Shown: positions 13,188-26,243 of the stretch, piece by piece
Numbering within the stretch: position 1 is the first letter of the stretch
How the letters are laid out: each line of letters begins with the position of its first letter
NCBI GenBank assembly: GCA_951406725.2
Contig: OX597816.1
Coordinates: forward strand, 23,188,001-23,252,000
Direction: 5' to 3'
Source of the DNA: Octopus vulgaris
Lineage: Eukaryota
DNA length: 64,000 nt
Made by a program: the position numbers and the translations under genes
Notes under the pieces: model-generated
Told to the model about the DNA's origin: nothing
The model's input: only the letters and a program-made list of their open reading frames with translations
Database searches by the model: none

Positions 13188-13835
13188 TGTAGCTTCCCTT
13201 ACGTTATGAGTTCAAATTCCGCAGAGATGGAATTTGCCTTTCATTCTTTCGGGGTCGATAAATTAAGTACCAGTTGTGTACCGGGGTCAATCGAATCGGC
13301 TGGTTCCTCCCCCAAAATTGTGGGTCTTGTGCCTAGAGTAGAAAAGAATATCTTGTAGCTTCCATTACGTTCTGAGTTCAAATTCCGCCGAGGTCGAATT
13401 TGCATTTCATCCTTTCGGGGTTGATAAATCAAGTACCAATTGTGTACTGTAGTCGATCTAATCGACTGGCCCCCTCGCCTGAAAGTTTCAGGCCTTGTAC
13501 CTAGAGTAGAAAAGGATATTTTGTAACTTCCTCTACGTTCTGAGTTCAAATTCCTCCGAGGTTGAATTTGCCTTTCATTCTTTCGGGGTCGATAAATTAA
13601 GTACCAGTTGCGTACCGGGGTCAATCGAATCGGCTGGTTCCTCCCCCAAAATTGTGGGTCTTGTGCCTAGAGTAGAAAAGAATATCTTGTAGCTTCCATT
13701 ACGTTCTGAGTTCAAATTCCGCCGAAATCAACTTTGCCTTTCATCCTTTTGGGGTCGATGAATTAAGTACCAGTTGCGTCCCCCTCCTCCAAAATGTCGG
13801 GTATTATGCCTAGAGTAGAAAAGAATGTCTTATAG
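13188..13835 (+). repeat. Tandem array of four ~166-bp headless SINE family D units
   Basis: Units start near 13188, 13354, 13521 and 13687; units 1 and 3 share a near-identical 3' half. Confidence 0.85.
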
Positions 13836-14281
13836 CTTCAAGATTTCGATGATGTGATTGTTTATTTTTACAATGACATTGTAGGATTGATCTGAGAGGC
13901 AAGATATGGCCGATTTGAGCTCAGGACAACTGGACGATTTAGGCCTGATGTAACCCGTTTAAATGCTGAAGTGTGAAAACTAATATATTTGGGGGGGGGC
14001 AAGATTTTTTTTATTACCAAAACCTTCAAGGTAGTGCCCCAGTATGACCGTAGTCCAGAAACAAGTACAAATATAATACATAAAATGTAAGTAGATTGTT
14101 CAGTTGATCAAAAACCTGACTGCTCACCGTCGACACCGACGGAAAGCCGGTGCATGTCTGTATAGCTGTATGTTGTCTGTGTCTTTGTCCTTGCTTTTGT
14201 ATGTTGATTTTGTGTTTTGTTTGCGTATTTTATTTGTGTGTATGTGTTTGTGGGTGCGGGTGTTTGTGTGAGTGTGTGGGA

Positions 14282-14316
<35 letters not shown>

Positions 14317-14460
14317 ATGCGTGTACTTAGCTTTGTTTTGATTTTATTTTTTTTTAATATTTGGTTGTTTTATGTTGTTTTTTTTTTTGGTTTTGTTTTC
14401 CTACATTAATAGTTTCCGAGAAAAGTGTTTAAGTGAAACAAATTAAATATAATTGATTTC

Positions 14461-14477
14461 ACCACCATCACCACCAT

Positions 14478-14523
<46 letters not shown>

Positions 14524-14813
14524 GAGTGGAGGGAGTATAACCATCACCAATGGATATATGATAACGAAGTTGATGAAATGATGATGATGATGATGATGAT
14601 GATGATGGTCATCATCATCATCGTCATCATCATACTTATCATCATTATTATCATCATTATCATCATCATCATCATCTTCACTGTCGTCGTCGTCATCATC
14701 ACCATGATCACCATCGTTTTCCCTGTGACTAAAATAAGAGAACTGGAAAGGGAGTAACCGCAGGAGCAGCGACAGCAGCAGCGGCAGCAGCAGCGGCAGT
14801 AGTGGTAGTAGTG

Positions 14814-14865
<52 letters not shown>

Positions 14866-14914
14866 CAGCAGCAGTAGTTGTAGTAGTAGTAGTAGTAGTA
14901 GTAGTAGCAGCAGC

Positions 14915-14949
<35 letters not shown>

Positions 14950-15019
14950 CTGCAGCAGCAGCAGCTGTAGTAGTAGTAGTAATAGTAGTAGTAGTAGTAG
15001 TGTGGCAGCAGCAGTTGTT

Positions 15020-15074
<55 letters not shown>

Positions 15075-15262
15075 TGGTAGTAGTAGTAGCAGCAGCAGCT
15101 GTAGTAGTAATAGTAGTAGTAGTAGTAGTAGTAGTGTCAGCAGCAGTTGTAGTATTAGTATTAGTAGTAGTAGTAGTAGTGGCGGTGGTGGTGGTGGTTT
15201 TGGTGGAAGTGGAGGAGGAGGAGGGTAATTGTGGTAGTAATAGCAATAAATGTTGTTGTTGT
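14461..15262. repeat. Compound trinucleotide repeat tract (CAG, GAT/CAT, TAG, GTG, GAG)
   Basis: Direct inspection; source of the spurious poly-amino-acid ORFs here. Confidence 0.95.
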
Positions 15263-15644
15263 TTTTGAGCGACTCCATTACTAAGTTTATCTTTTTATTT
15301 CTATTTTGTTCTTTTTTTGTTTTTGTTTTTTTGTTTGTTTTTTTTTTTCACGATGTTAAAACGAGAGAATGGGATATTTATACCGATCATGTCTCTCAAA
15401 TGCGTCAATAAGGAGAACGAAATCCTGTTCCTTTATCGAGGAATCGAGCCTCAAATAGTCAGGATTCTTTTTTTTTTTTTTTCTGCTTTCCAAGTGGAAA
15501 CAGGGCTTATGATAGTTTCGCCTCATAGCCTGACCCACGTGTATTGATGGTATAAATGTGGCAAAATATTTGACAGCTGGAAATTGAAACTGTTTGTGGA
15601 CATGGTTTGCTAAAAATGTAATTGATATTCATACTACATTTATC

Positions 15645-16100
15645 TTTTACCTTCTATTTGTTTCAGCCATTGGCGTATGGCCACGCTGGAGCACCACCTT
15701 GAAATGTATTAGTTAAACAAATCGATACAAACATTTGCAGTTTTTGTTTTGTTTTGGGGGAGTTTTCTTGGGGGAGATGGGGGTGCCTTGTTTTTGTTCG
15801 ATGTCTGGTATTTATTCTATCGTCGTCTTTTGCCGAACTGCTATGTTACTGGAACGTAAACAAACCAATACAGGTTGTCAAGTTATGATGGGTCACAGAC
15901 GCAAACACAAAGAAACTCACACACACACACACACATTTGTATACTACAGGTTTGCACACAGTTTTTGTCTACAAAATTCACTCACAATACAACGGTTAGT
16001 CCGGTGTTAAATTGAAGGCAATTACCCAAGGTACCGCGGGGTAATATTGAACCCGAAATTACGCGGTTGCAAAGCGAGCGTTTTAACCGCACTGCCATGC
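15645..16100 (-). mobile_element. Old diverged SINE family A copy
   Basis: GGCCACGCTGGAGCACCACCTTG tail and head remnants on the minus strand. Confidence 0.65.
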
Positions 16101-16645
16101 TTTCGTGTGTGTCAGTATAAAATGAATTATCAACGTTGATGTCATTGATTCACTCCAGGTCTGCCCAGATCGAACAGCCTCTTTATCAAGGGTGTAGTGC
16201 ATGTAGCAATTAAAAGGGGATCATGAATATTTAATAATACACATCAAGTTATCTTCATTATAATTTCGTTCCCATGCTTGTCCTGTATGTCAGAGCCATC
16301 TTCGGGGCGTTCAAAAACAATATTTTGGTTTCACAAAATATTTGCTCAGAGGTTCTCAAACGTTTTGGTCCACCGCCCTCCTCATGGCCACATAATACCC
16401 CCGACCCCCGTTTTTAGGTATAAATAAATATTTTATATTTCAATGATTTTTATATGATATGAATTATTTGATATTTAATATAATATCGTGTATTTTGTAT
16501 ACAATACTATAATAATACATTATTTACATTCGACGGATATTTGTCTTCATCTTCTTTGTTGTTAATACAACGTTTCGGCTGATATAACCTCCAGCCTTGG
16601 GGAAATTTTGAACCTAGGTTCTCATTCCTAAGGTATTTTTCGATG

Positions 16646-16694
<49 letters not shown>

Positions 16695-17071
16695 TGCTCA
16701 GGTCACTGCTTGGAATCGAACTCGGAATCTTGTAGTTAGTAGCCCGGGTTCTTAACCACTACGCCATATTATAGAGTGAATTTTAGGGATTATAAATCCA
16801 ATATTTTTCTATCCTTCCTTAATTCCGGTTCCCATGTGCTGCTCATATCTGCACTCGGTCTGCTTGGGAGGTTGTGTCCTAGCATATGTGCTACTTCTTT
16901 TAGTTTTCGTATTTCGCAAACATCTCCTTCGAGTAAAACCACCAATAGAAGAGAATATGACCAAAGGCTGCATGTACTCCATCCCATGCAGCTGTGGTAG
17001 GTTATACAAAGGAGAAACATGCCGCCCCCTCAAAATAAGGGTAGACGAACATCGCAAAGCTGTGACACGAG

Positions 17072-17442
17072 TTAGTTAGTTAGTTAGTTAGTTAGTTAAT
17101 TTTTGGCTCAAAAAGCAAAAAGCAAGGCCATATAGGGGGACATGGAGTTATGTACAGGGTGGTGTTCATGTAAAGAGTTCAGGTCACTTGTGGTCAAGGG
17201 AGACTTTGAACCGAGCGGTTGTCGGCATCTTCACCATCTCGTCCGGCAGCTTATTCCACGGATCCGCAACCCGGACGGAGAAAGCCCCTCACCTTCGATT
17301 GAGATGAAATCGTCGCAGATAGAGCTTTTCGGAGTGACCGCGCAGCCGACGCTCTGGAGCAGGAGTGAAGAACAGTTCTTTTGAGAGGTTACACTTTCAG
17401 CTTATGATGTTGTGAGCAAGAATGAGATCACCACGGCGTCGT
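17072..17442 (-). mobile_element. CR1-like LINE 3' end nested in the Penelope-like element
   Basis: Reverse complement of 20570-20925; (TAAC)n tail; interrupts ACACGAG|GAGATGTTG as seen uninterrupted at about 24504-24519. Confidence 0.85.
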
Positions 17443-17549
17443 AGATGTTGATAGATCGGGTATAACTGATCATGTATGGAAAAAAATGGAGACCACCCCC
17501 TCCTGTGGGATGAAGTTAAAATAATAGACAGAGAACACCATTGGAAAAT

Positions 17550-17935
17550 GGATGGAAGCACTCCGTCGGTTACGACGACGAGGGTTCCGGTTGATCCGAA
17601 TCAACGGAACAGCCTGCTCGTGAAATTAACGTGTAAGTGGCTGAGCACTCCACAGACACGTGTACCCTTAACGTAGTTCTAGGGGATATTCAGCGTGACA
17701 CAGAGAGTGACAAGGCCGGCCCTTTGAAATACAGGTACAACAGAAACAGGAAATAAGAGTGAGAGAAATTTGTGGTGAAAGAGTACAGCAGGGATCACCA
17801 CCATCCCCTGCCGGGGCGTCATGAAGCTGTAGGTGTTTTCGCTCAATAGACACTCAAAACACCCGGTCTGGGAATCGAAACCGCGATCCTATGACCGCGA
17901 GTCCGCTGCCCTAACCACTGGGCCATTGCGCCTCC
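17550..17935 (-). mobile_element. tRNA-derived SINE family B, tail type 1, nested in the Penelope-like element
   Basis: GGAGGCGCAATGGCCCAGTGG head; TSD TGGAAAAT on both sides; closely similar to 42397-42788. Confidence 0.9.
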
Positions 17936-18343
17936 AGTGGAAAATACGAACTAAAAGAAGCAGCACATATGCTAGGACACAACAACCTCCTAAGCAGACC
18001 GAGTGCAGATATGAGCAATATCTGGGAACCGCTTAGTATTTTGTCCCGCGTGCTAACGATTCTGCCAGCTCGCCGCCCTAGCCACGCTAATTCGATGCTG
18101 ACCTATTTTGATGTCAGTCATTTTAATGGATCTCTAGTTGTAATTTTTCTCCCGATTTCATGTTTGTTTCATTCTCGCCCCGCCCCCCTCTCTCTCCCTC
18201 TCTCCTTCTGATTATTCACATGATCATATTTCTGTTATCTGTATAAGGAGAGGGAAAGTATTTATGTCAATCGTATTTGATTAATAATTTGTAATCTCTC
18301 GCTTCTCCTTCCCTTTCTATATCTCTCACTCTTTTTATTTACA

Positions 18344-18390
<47 letters not shown>

Positions 18391-18391
<1 letters not shown>

Positions 18392-18692
18392 GTGATCACG
18401 TGACCGTCCAGACCATCAGATGTTGCTACACATCGCTGGTCACAATGCGTTCGCATTGTTTTAACCTTTGGACGACGCCACCCCGCTGGCTAAGCGAGCA
18501 GGCCAACAGAAGAAAGAGTGAGAGAAAGTTGTGGTGAAAGAGTACAGCAGGGATCACCACCCACTGCCGGAGCCTCGTGGAGCTTTTAGGTGTTTTCGCT
18601 CAATAAACACGCACAACGCCTGGTCTGGGAATCGAAACCGCGATCCTCCGACCGCGAGTCCGCTGCGCAAACCACTGGGCCATTGCGCCTCC
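18391..18692 (-). mobile_element. SINE family B, tail type 2
   Basis: Same head; tail CATTGTGACCAGCGATGTGTAGCAACATC shared with 26931-27229. Confidence 0.85.
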
Positions 18693-18777
18693 ATGTGTGT
18701 ATATACACGCCCCTGTAAGTGTTTTGTATTTGCGTGTATGTGCGTGTATATTTGCGTGTATGTGTGTGTGTGTGTGT

Positions 18778-18829
<52 letters not shown>

Positions 18830-19012
18830 TTGCCATCAGCAGCAGAAGATGCTGACTGTCCATTCGGCCGCGCTAAATCGCCAGCATCCAAGCATCTACA
18901 TGAAATCGTCCTATTTCAGAGGAGATTGGTAGCACTTCGTTGCACATCCTCCATTTCTCCGTTTCAACGAGTAAACTAATTTCTACTTGGTCTCCGACAA
19001 CCTTCCTTAAAC

Positions 19013-19773
19013 CAGTGGTTCTCAACATGGTCCAATATGGTCCCTGAGACTCCATATAAGATTGGGTGGGTCCACGCAATAAAATAGCAAATTGGGGACT
19101 CACAATAGTATTTTAAGGGTCCCCGAAAATCATGTTGCTTTAGATGTATGTATTGGTGTGTAATGCAAGGAACAGCTAGGATTCTTTCTTTATATTTTAC
19201 ATTAGGCACAGGAGTGGCTGTGTGGTAAGTACCTTGCTTACCAGCCACATGGTTCCGGGTTCAGTCCTACTGCGTGGCACCTTGGGTAAGTGTCTTCTAC
19301 TATAGCCTCGGACCGACCAAAGCCTTGTGAGGGGATTTGATAGACAGAAACTGAAAAAAGCCCGTTGTTTATATGTATATGTATGTATGTGTGTGTATGT
19401 GTTTGTGTTTGTCCCCCCAACATCGCTTGACAACAGATGCTGGTGTGTTTACGTCCCCGTAAATTAGCGGTTCGGCAAAAGAGGCCGAGAGAATAAGTAC
19501 TAGGCTTACAAAGAATAAGTCCCGGGGTCGATTTACTCGACTAAACGCGGTACTCCCGCATGGCCGCAGTCAAATGACTGAAACAAGTAAAAGAGTAAAA
19601 ATGAGAGAGTATTATTTAACCTACATAAGTTAATGTGTGCAAAACTAAATAGGAATTTTGAAAAAAACATCTATAAAACTAGTTTTAAAACATCGAATGG
19701 CTTTAGGAGTCCACTACAGTAAAATACTAATAAAAGGGGCCCATAGATTAAAAAAAGGGGTTGAGAAACTCTG
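19013..19773. mobile_element. hAT-type (Charlie-like) non-autonomous element with nested SINE A
   Basis: TIRs CAGTGGTTCTCAAC and GTTGAGAAACTCTG; related internal fragment at about 19935-20030; 8-bp TSD not clearly preserved. Confidence 0.65.
19205..19600 (+). mobile_element. SINE family A, full length
   Basis: GGCACAGGAGTGGCTGTGTGGTAAG head, GGTTCAGTCC B box, internal TG/TA tract, GTAAAAGAG tail. Confidence 0.9.
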
Positions 19774-20075
19774 CCAGATGAATAAAAGAAAAACAGAGAT
19801 CGATAGAAAGAGACATACGGACTTAAAATCGTAGCCCCTATACTGGTACATTCTTTATGTGTCAGGGAATAAAAGTAAAATTTGATTTTAGCAGGATTAG
19901 AACTAAAACTTTAGAGTTATGGTTCGCATCACGGCTCCATGTAAGATTTTGGGGGTTCCATGCAAGCAAAATGGACCTACAGTATTTTAAGAGTCCATGT
20001 GAACATTTTGCTTTAGAAGTGGTTCATGCAAGAAATAGCTAGGCTTCTTTCTCTAACGCTTAACATAAATAGTAA

Positions 20076-20302
20076 GGGTAAAAGATAAAGACCCCCTTCG
20101 GGCATGAATGACCACGGGATTGCACCTAGAAAGTTACCCACCGAGGCACAAGTCCGGTCAAGATAGTTTATGGAAGACCAGCAGTCACCCATGCATACCA
20201 GTCTCCTTTCTCCGCGCCGCCGAAGTTATCCAAGGGAAAGGCAAAGGGACCGAAACGGCTTGGCAGCAGTGACGCCGCAACTCATTTCTACAGCTGAGTG
20301 AA
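20076..20302 (-). mobile_element. SINE fragment: family C-type central domain with a different tail (type 4)
   Basis: Minus strand TTCACTCAGCTGTAGAAATGAGT matches the family C body; tail unrelated to other family C copies. Confidence 0.55.
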
Positions 20303-20439
20303 AGGACCCTGTAAGGGTACTAAACATGAAATTACGTGTCTCCGATGCAAACTTCTTCAGCACAAAGCTATGTTTTTGCATGTTGATCTTTTTTTCAACA
20401 TTTCACGGAACCTGATATTTTGAGACCGAATGCACTCGA

Positions 20440-20925
20440 CAGAATCAGCATCAGTGTTCCACTGAAAGAGTCCAGAGGTTGGCTACCCGCATGGTTCATG
20501 GTCTCAAAAATTTGTCCTACGAAGAAAGGCTGAGGACGCTCGACCTTTATTCTCTTGAAAAACGCCGCCGCCGTGGTGATCTCATTCTCGCCCACAACAT
20601 TATAAGCGGAAAGTGTAACCTCTCGAAAGAGCTGTTCTTCACTCCTGCTCCAGAGCGTCGGCTGCGGGGTCATTCCGAAAAGCTCTACCTGCGACGATTT
20701 CATCTCAATCGAAGGAGAGGAGCTTTCTCCGTCCGGGTTGCGGATCCGTGGAACAAGCTGCCAGACGAGATGGTGAAGATGCCGACGACCGCTTTGTTCA
20801 AAGCCTCCCTGGACCTACAGTGGCCTGAACTCTTTACATGAACACCACCCTGTACTTAACTCCATGTCCCCCTACATGGCCTTGCTATTTGCTTTTGAGC
20901 CAAATTAACTAACTAACTAACTAAC
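20440..20925 (+). mobile_element. CR1-like LINE 3' end (ORF2 C-terminus)
   Basis: ORF 20479-20841 LSYEERLRTLDLYSLEKRRRRGDLI..FSVRVADPWNKLP; (TAAC)n tail. Confidence 0.9.
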
Positions 20926-21131
20926 TCGTACATATTTCAAGAGAAGGACTTTTCAGACACACTAGGCCCGATTCGAACGCAGAACAGAAACAGAGGGGTG
21001 AAGTAAACGCTGCAATTTCTTTATATGTTCGGTACAAAAACAACTTAGCTTTCCTATCGACTCCATGACAAAATAAAAAAATTATTCATTGATAAATATT
21101 ATGGCATAGATGCAATTCGTTATTATTATCA

Positions 21132-21190
<59 letters not shown>

Positions 21191-21320
21191 TTGCTTCTTT
21201 CTCTGGAATTACTTTTCTGTTTTACTTCCCTTTTTATATTCCCTCTTTTGCTCCATGCAACTGGAATACTTGTAACATGTATGTATATGTATAAATATAT
21301 ACATACTCGTGTGCGTATAA

Positions 21321-21354
<34 letters not shown>

Positions 21355-21423
21355 GTATATATATATACATATATATATATATATACATAAATATATATAC
21401 ATATATGTATACATATTTATATA

Positions 21424-21511
<88 letters not shown>

Positions 21512-21725
21512 CATACATATATATATGTGCACATATATATCAATTCACGCGCAAACACACGCACAAATACCACACACACACAAACACACTCACACACACA
21601 CACAAGCAAACACATGCAGAAACGGAAGAAATACACGCACACACAAATATCTATTTGCAACTTGAAGTAGTTTTTTGGCGTTCTTTCTTCCACACCGATT
21701 TTTTCTTTCCTGTTATCTATTATTA

Positions 21726-21768
<43 letters not shown>

Positions 21769-21938
21769 TGCAGTTGTTGTTTTTGTTATTGTTGTTATCA
21801 TCTCCCATAACGTCGTCAGAGCGAGAAAATAATGGCCGTAAAAAGGTAAAAGGGAAAAAAATATGTTATGTGCGTCTACTAATAATTTGCAAACTTACCT
21901 GCAACAAAGCACGCCAATAACCCTAAAGAAGAGAGAAA

Positions 21939-22275
<337 letters not shown>

Positions 22276-22299
22276 GAAACATATATATTTATATATATA

Positions 22300-22360
<61 letters not shown>

Positions 22361-22409
22361 TATATATATTATATATATATATCTTTGGTTGAAACATAAT
22401 TTATCTAAG

Positions 22410-22445
<36 letters not shown>

Positions 22446-22559
22446 TTTATACATGTATATATATGTATATATATATATACATATATATATATGTATACAT
22501 ACATATGTGTGTATACATACACATAAATATTTATACATAACATACATCTTATATATATA

Positions 22560-22604
<45 letters not shown>

Positions 22605-22731
22605 TGTGTGTATGTATACATACGTACATACATTCACACATATATGTATCCAAACATATATATACATGCAAATATACTTATCCATATATATGTTATACGT
22701 GTGCCTGTGTTTGTCTGTGTATGTATGTATT

Positions 22732-22770
<39 letters not shown>

Positions 22771-22826
22771 CTAAACATATCTACCACATACGTACGCGCA
22801 TGCGTTATGTGTGTGTTCTGTGTGTA

Positions 22827-22860
<34 letters not shown>

Positions 22861-23737
22861 GATGTGTGTGCGTGTGAACCTATATGGGTTATCAGATATG
22901 AGCACGTTCTTAAATTATCAATGAGAATATACCATATGATTGTTTCAAAGAATTGTCAGTGCAATTATCAGATTAGATTTAGATAAACGTTGTGTATATA
23001 GTTTTTTTTTATGTATCTCAACGGTTATAATTGAAATGCCGAATATCCCTATAACGCTGCGTACTGTATGTGTGTTAGGTTTTGTAAAAAAATATACCTA
23101 CATATTCCTTAGAATACTCTCATGTATATGTACACGAGTGTGTGAGTGTGTGAGGGGGAGAGAGCGAGAGAGAAAGAGAGAGGAATGGATAGAGTTGTTT
23201 GTGTGTGGGCAAGAATCATATATATACACATTTATATGCATGCACACATATATGTACATATGTTTCCAAGAAATGTTGTATTGGTGGCAATGAGATAATC
23301 TGAACGTCTTGTCATGCTAGAAACAGCAGCTAAAAAATCGTTAAAAGTAATTGCACATGTGTCGGCGGGAGCATATGGATACAAGGGCCACATGTATAGA
23401 GGGATATAAAGTCAGAGAGAGGGGGAGTGTTGAGGAGAGAGAAATATGCATACATGTACGCATATATATATATAGATGTATTCTATAATGATCGTGCTGT
23501 ATTGAGAGGCAAAGAAGTTTTTCCATGTAGTCACACGATATGCTAGAAATGGTAGCCAAAACGCATTAATATTACACACAAAACTGTTGTTTCCCAGAAG
23601 GGTCTCAAAGAGAGAGAGAGAGATGGACAGATGAGTTTTAAATAGATTTAGAATAGAGAGGGCTTGTCGTTGATGTGATCACGATTGGTGACGAAATGAC
23701 TTTAACAAACCTACCTGATTGATTTATTGACTAACCC

Positions 23738-24030
23738 TTACTACTTGTACTTGTGGCGACATTCACTCTGGGCGGGTTGAGTCGGCTTCTTCTACCATCC
23801 TCGAGGCATCTCGAACCATGGCAGCCCCCGCACGACGGTCCTGCGACACTTCACTGGAGATAGCGAGAGCCAGTCACGGTTCCATCGGCTCAGGCCGACC
23901 ACCTGCGGTCCCGTGACCATGGAGAGGTCCTCCTTGATCGTCGTAACCCAGGGCTTCAGCTTTCCGCATGCGCCGTTTCCGCCAGTTGGGAAGTGGAGTT
24001 GGGAGAAGGACATCACGGCTCAGTCGTGAT
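23738..24030 (-). mobile_element. RTE-like LINE 3' end
   Basis: Minus-strand WVTTIKEDL..RWNRDWLSL then frameshifted QDRRAWAAMVRDA, typical of RTE ORF C-termini; short CAAGTA repeat tail. Confidence 0.65.
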
Positions 24031-24190
24031 TGACTAAACCATTAAACAAACATTCGATTATGTAATTGTGTAAATAGTAATCCGACAGACGAATATAAAT
24101 AAAGAAGTGAAATAAAACCTATACGTGTTTTTTTTACTATGATTCACCACACGAGTTCATACAGTTCTATATTTAAGAAATGAGGAATTT

Positions 24191-24977
24191 TGTACATTAT
24201 TTACATTATTTACATTTGACTTTGCAAATATCTCCTTCCAGTAAAACCATCAATAGAAGAGAATATGACCAAGGTCTGTTGCCTTTCATCCTTTCGGGGT
24301 CGATAAATAAAGTACCAGTTACGCACTGGGGTCGATGTAATCGACTTAATCCGTTTGTCTGTCCTTGTTTGTCCCCTCTATGTTTAGCCCCCTGTGGGCA
24401 ATAAAGAAATATATACTTCATCCGATGCAGCTGTGGTAGGTTATACAAAGAAGAAACATGTCGTCCCATCAAAATAAGGGTAGATGAACATCGCAAAGCT
24501 GTGACACGAGGAGATGTTGATAAATCGGGTATAGCTGATCATGTGTGGAAAAATAGAGTACACCTCTCTCGTGGGATGAAGTTAAAATAATAGACAGAGA
24601 CGACCAGTGGAAAATACGAAAACTAAAAGAAGTAGCACATATGCTAGGACACAACAACCTCCTAAGCAGACCGAGTGCATATATGAACAGCATATGGGAA
24701 CCGGTATTAAGGAAGGATAGGAAAATATTAGATTTATAAACCCTAAAAGTCACTTCATAATTGTCCACGGGTATATGGCGTAGTGGTTAAGAGCGCGGGC
24801 TACTAGCCCCAAGATTCTGAGTTCCTGAATAAGAAGAAGAAGAAGGAGGAGAATAAGAACATCGAAAAATACCTTAGGAATGAGAACCCAGGTTCGAAAT
24901 TTACCCAATCAGCCGAAACGTTGTGTTAACAACAAACAAGATGAGGATAAATATTCGTCAAATGTAAATAATGTACA
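24191..24977 (+). mobile_element. Second Penelope-like element copy (GIY-YIG fragment plus 3' terminal repeat) with SINE D fragment at 24279-24410
   Basis: Homologous to 16913-18031 and to the inverted 16515-16912; short inverted end TGTACATTATTTACATT versus AATGTAAATAATGTACA. Confidence 0.85.
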
Positions 24978-25855
24978 CTAGTTCATATCAAGGGTGTTGG
25001 AAGCTAAATACAAAAACCAGGTATAACACCTTACAGCCCGGAACATAGAGTGTGATATGCTGTCCCTCGGCAGTTTCTTCTAATATGTTGTGCTGCCCTC
25101 CAACAAAGCTTTCAGTAATGTTCAAGAATATATTATGACACATTTTTTGATCCATGCTGAGATAAATAATCCATGTCTGGAAATGGATATTTGGTCTCTT
25201 TGGAACTCAAATTGCCTTCTAGAAACAGCGGTGGTTCTGCTGAAGCTGCAAATGCAGCTATTACCTAATCCTTCAGTCTGCCCTACCAGAAAAAAGAAAC
25301 TTGTATTGGGAAGTTTATGTTTAGTCATGTTTAGGCCATAATTTTTGTGGCCTCACCTTTATTTTTTATGACCAATGCTCACTACAGATTTATTTTTATA
25401 GGTGATTATCTGTTATACGTTGAGTGACTCATTAAAATTGCTTCGCTGGTTCGGGAAGTGTAATATTTATATCAGATGCTGATGATCCAATACATTCGTT
25501 ATATGGCAAGCACAGATAAAAATCAATAGTCGAAGGATCAGCTACGAATCTCTCCAACCCTTATTTATTGGTAACACAAAGACCCTTTTAGACTTGTTCG
25601 CAAACATGTCGCCGTTAAATCAAAGACAAAGGAGCTAACGCAAACGGGTTCTTAGAGAGCTTTGGAAGGAAAGTGAGCATGACCGTGGATTTATCGTATG
25701 CGAGTTCCAAATTATCAGGTTTTTCTTTGTTTGCTTTTTTTTAATGACATACTCTATAATATTACCAGAATATAGGCTGGTGTTTAGGGGCTGATTATCT
25801 ACAGGGGAAACTTTTCTACAAAGAAATAACAGACGGTATCATTCATTTGCTATAA

Positions 25856-26243
25856 GGCGGCGAGCTGGCAGAAACGTTAGCACGCCGGGCGAAATGCTTC
25901 GCGGTATTTCGTCTGCCGCTACGTTCTGAGTTCAAATTCCGCCGAGGTCGACTTTGCCGTTCATCCATCCGGGGTCGATTAAATAAGTACCAGTTACGTA
26001 CTGGGGTCGATATAATCGACTTAATCCGTTTGTCTGTCCTTGTTTGACACCTCTGAGTTTAGCCCCTTGTGGGTAATAAAGAAATAGGTATTTCGTCTGC
26101 CGCTACGTTCTGTGTTCAAATTCCGCCGAGGTCGACTTTACTTTTCATTCTTTCGGAGTCGATATAATCGACTTAATCCGTTTGTCTGTCCTTGTTTGTC
26201 CCCTCTGTGTTTAGCCCCTTGTGGGTAGTAAAGAAATAGGTAT
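25856..26243 (+). mobile_element. SINE family D with tandemly repeated body
   Basis: GGCGGCGAGCTGGCAGAAACGTTAGCACGCCGGGCG head, B-box-like GAGTTCAAATTCC; body restarts after GAAATAGGTATTTCG. Confidence 0.9.

Larger units (their letters stand above)
16515..18031 (+). mobile_element. Penelope-like element: inverted 3' terminal repeat (16515-16912) plus GIY-YIG endonuclease fragment, with nested LINE and SINE
   Basis: ORF 16834-17079 ends ENMTKGCMYSIPCSCGRLYKGETCRPLKIRVDEHRKAV (GIY-YIG-like); continues ..WDEVKIIDREHHWK after the inserts; 16770-16912 is the reverse complement of the element's own downstream sequence as seen at 24610-24760. Confidence 0.85.

Noticed and set aside
13188-13835. CRISPR-like periodic array
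   Set aside because: Whole ~166-bp units repeat with no unique spacers; eukaryotic SINE-derived; no cas genes
14443-15278. 267-aa and 244-aa ORFs
   Set aside because: Pure trinucleotide-repeat translations with no domain or splice evidence
25040-25345. Complex-sequence ORFs 25090-25341 and 25122-25328 as a host exon
   Set aside because: No recognisable motif or convincing splice context; cannot be supported without homology or RNA data
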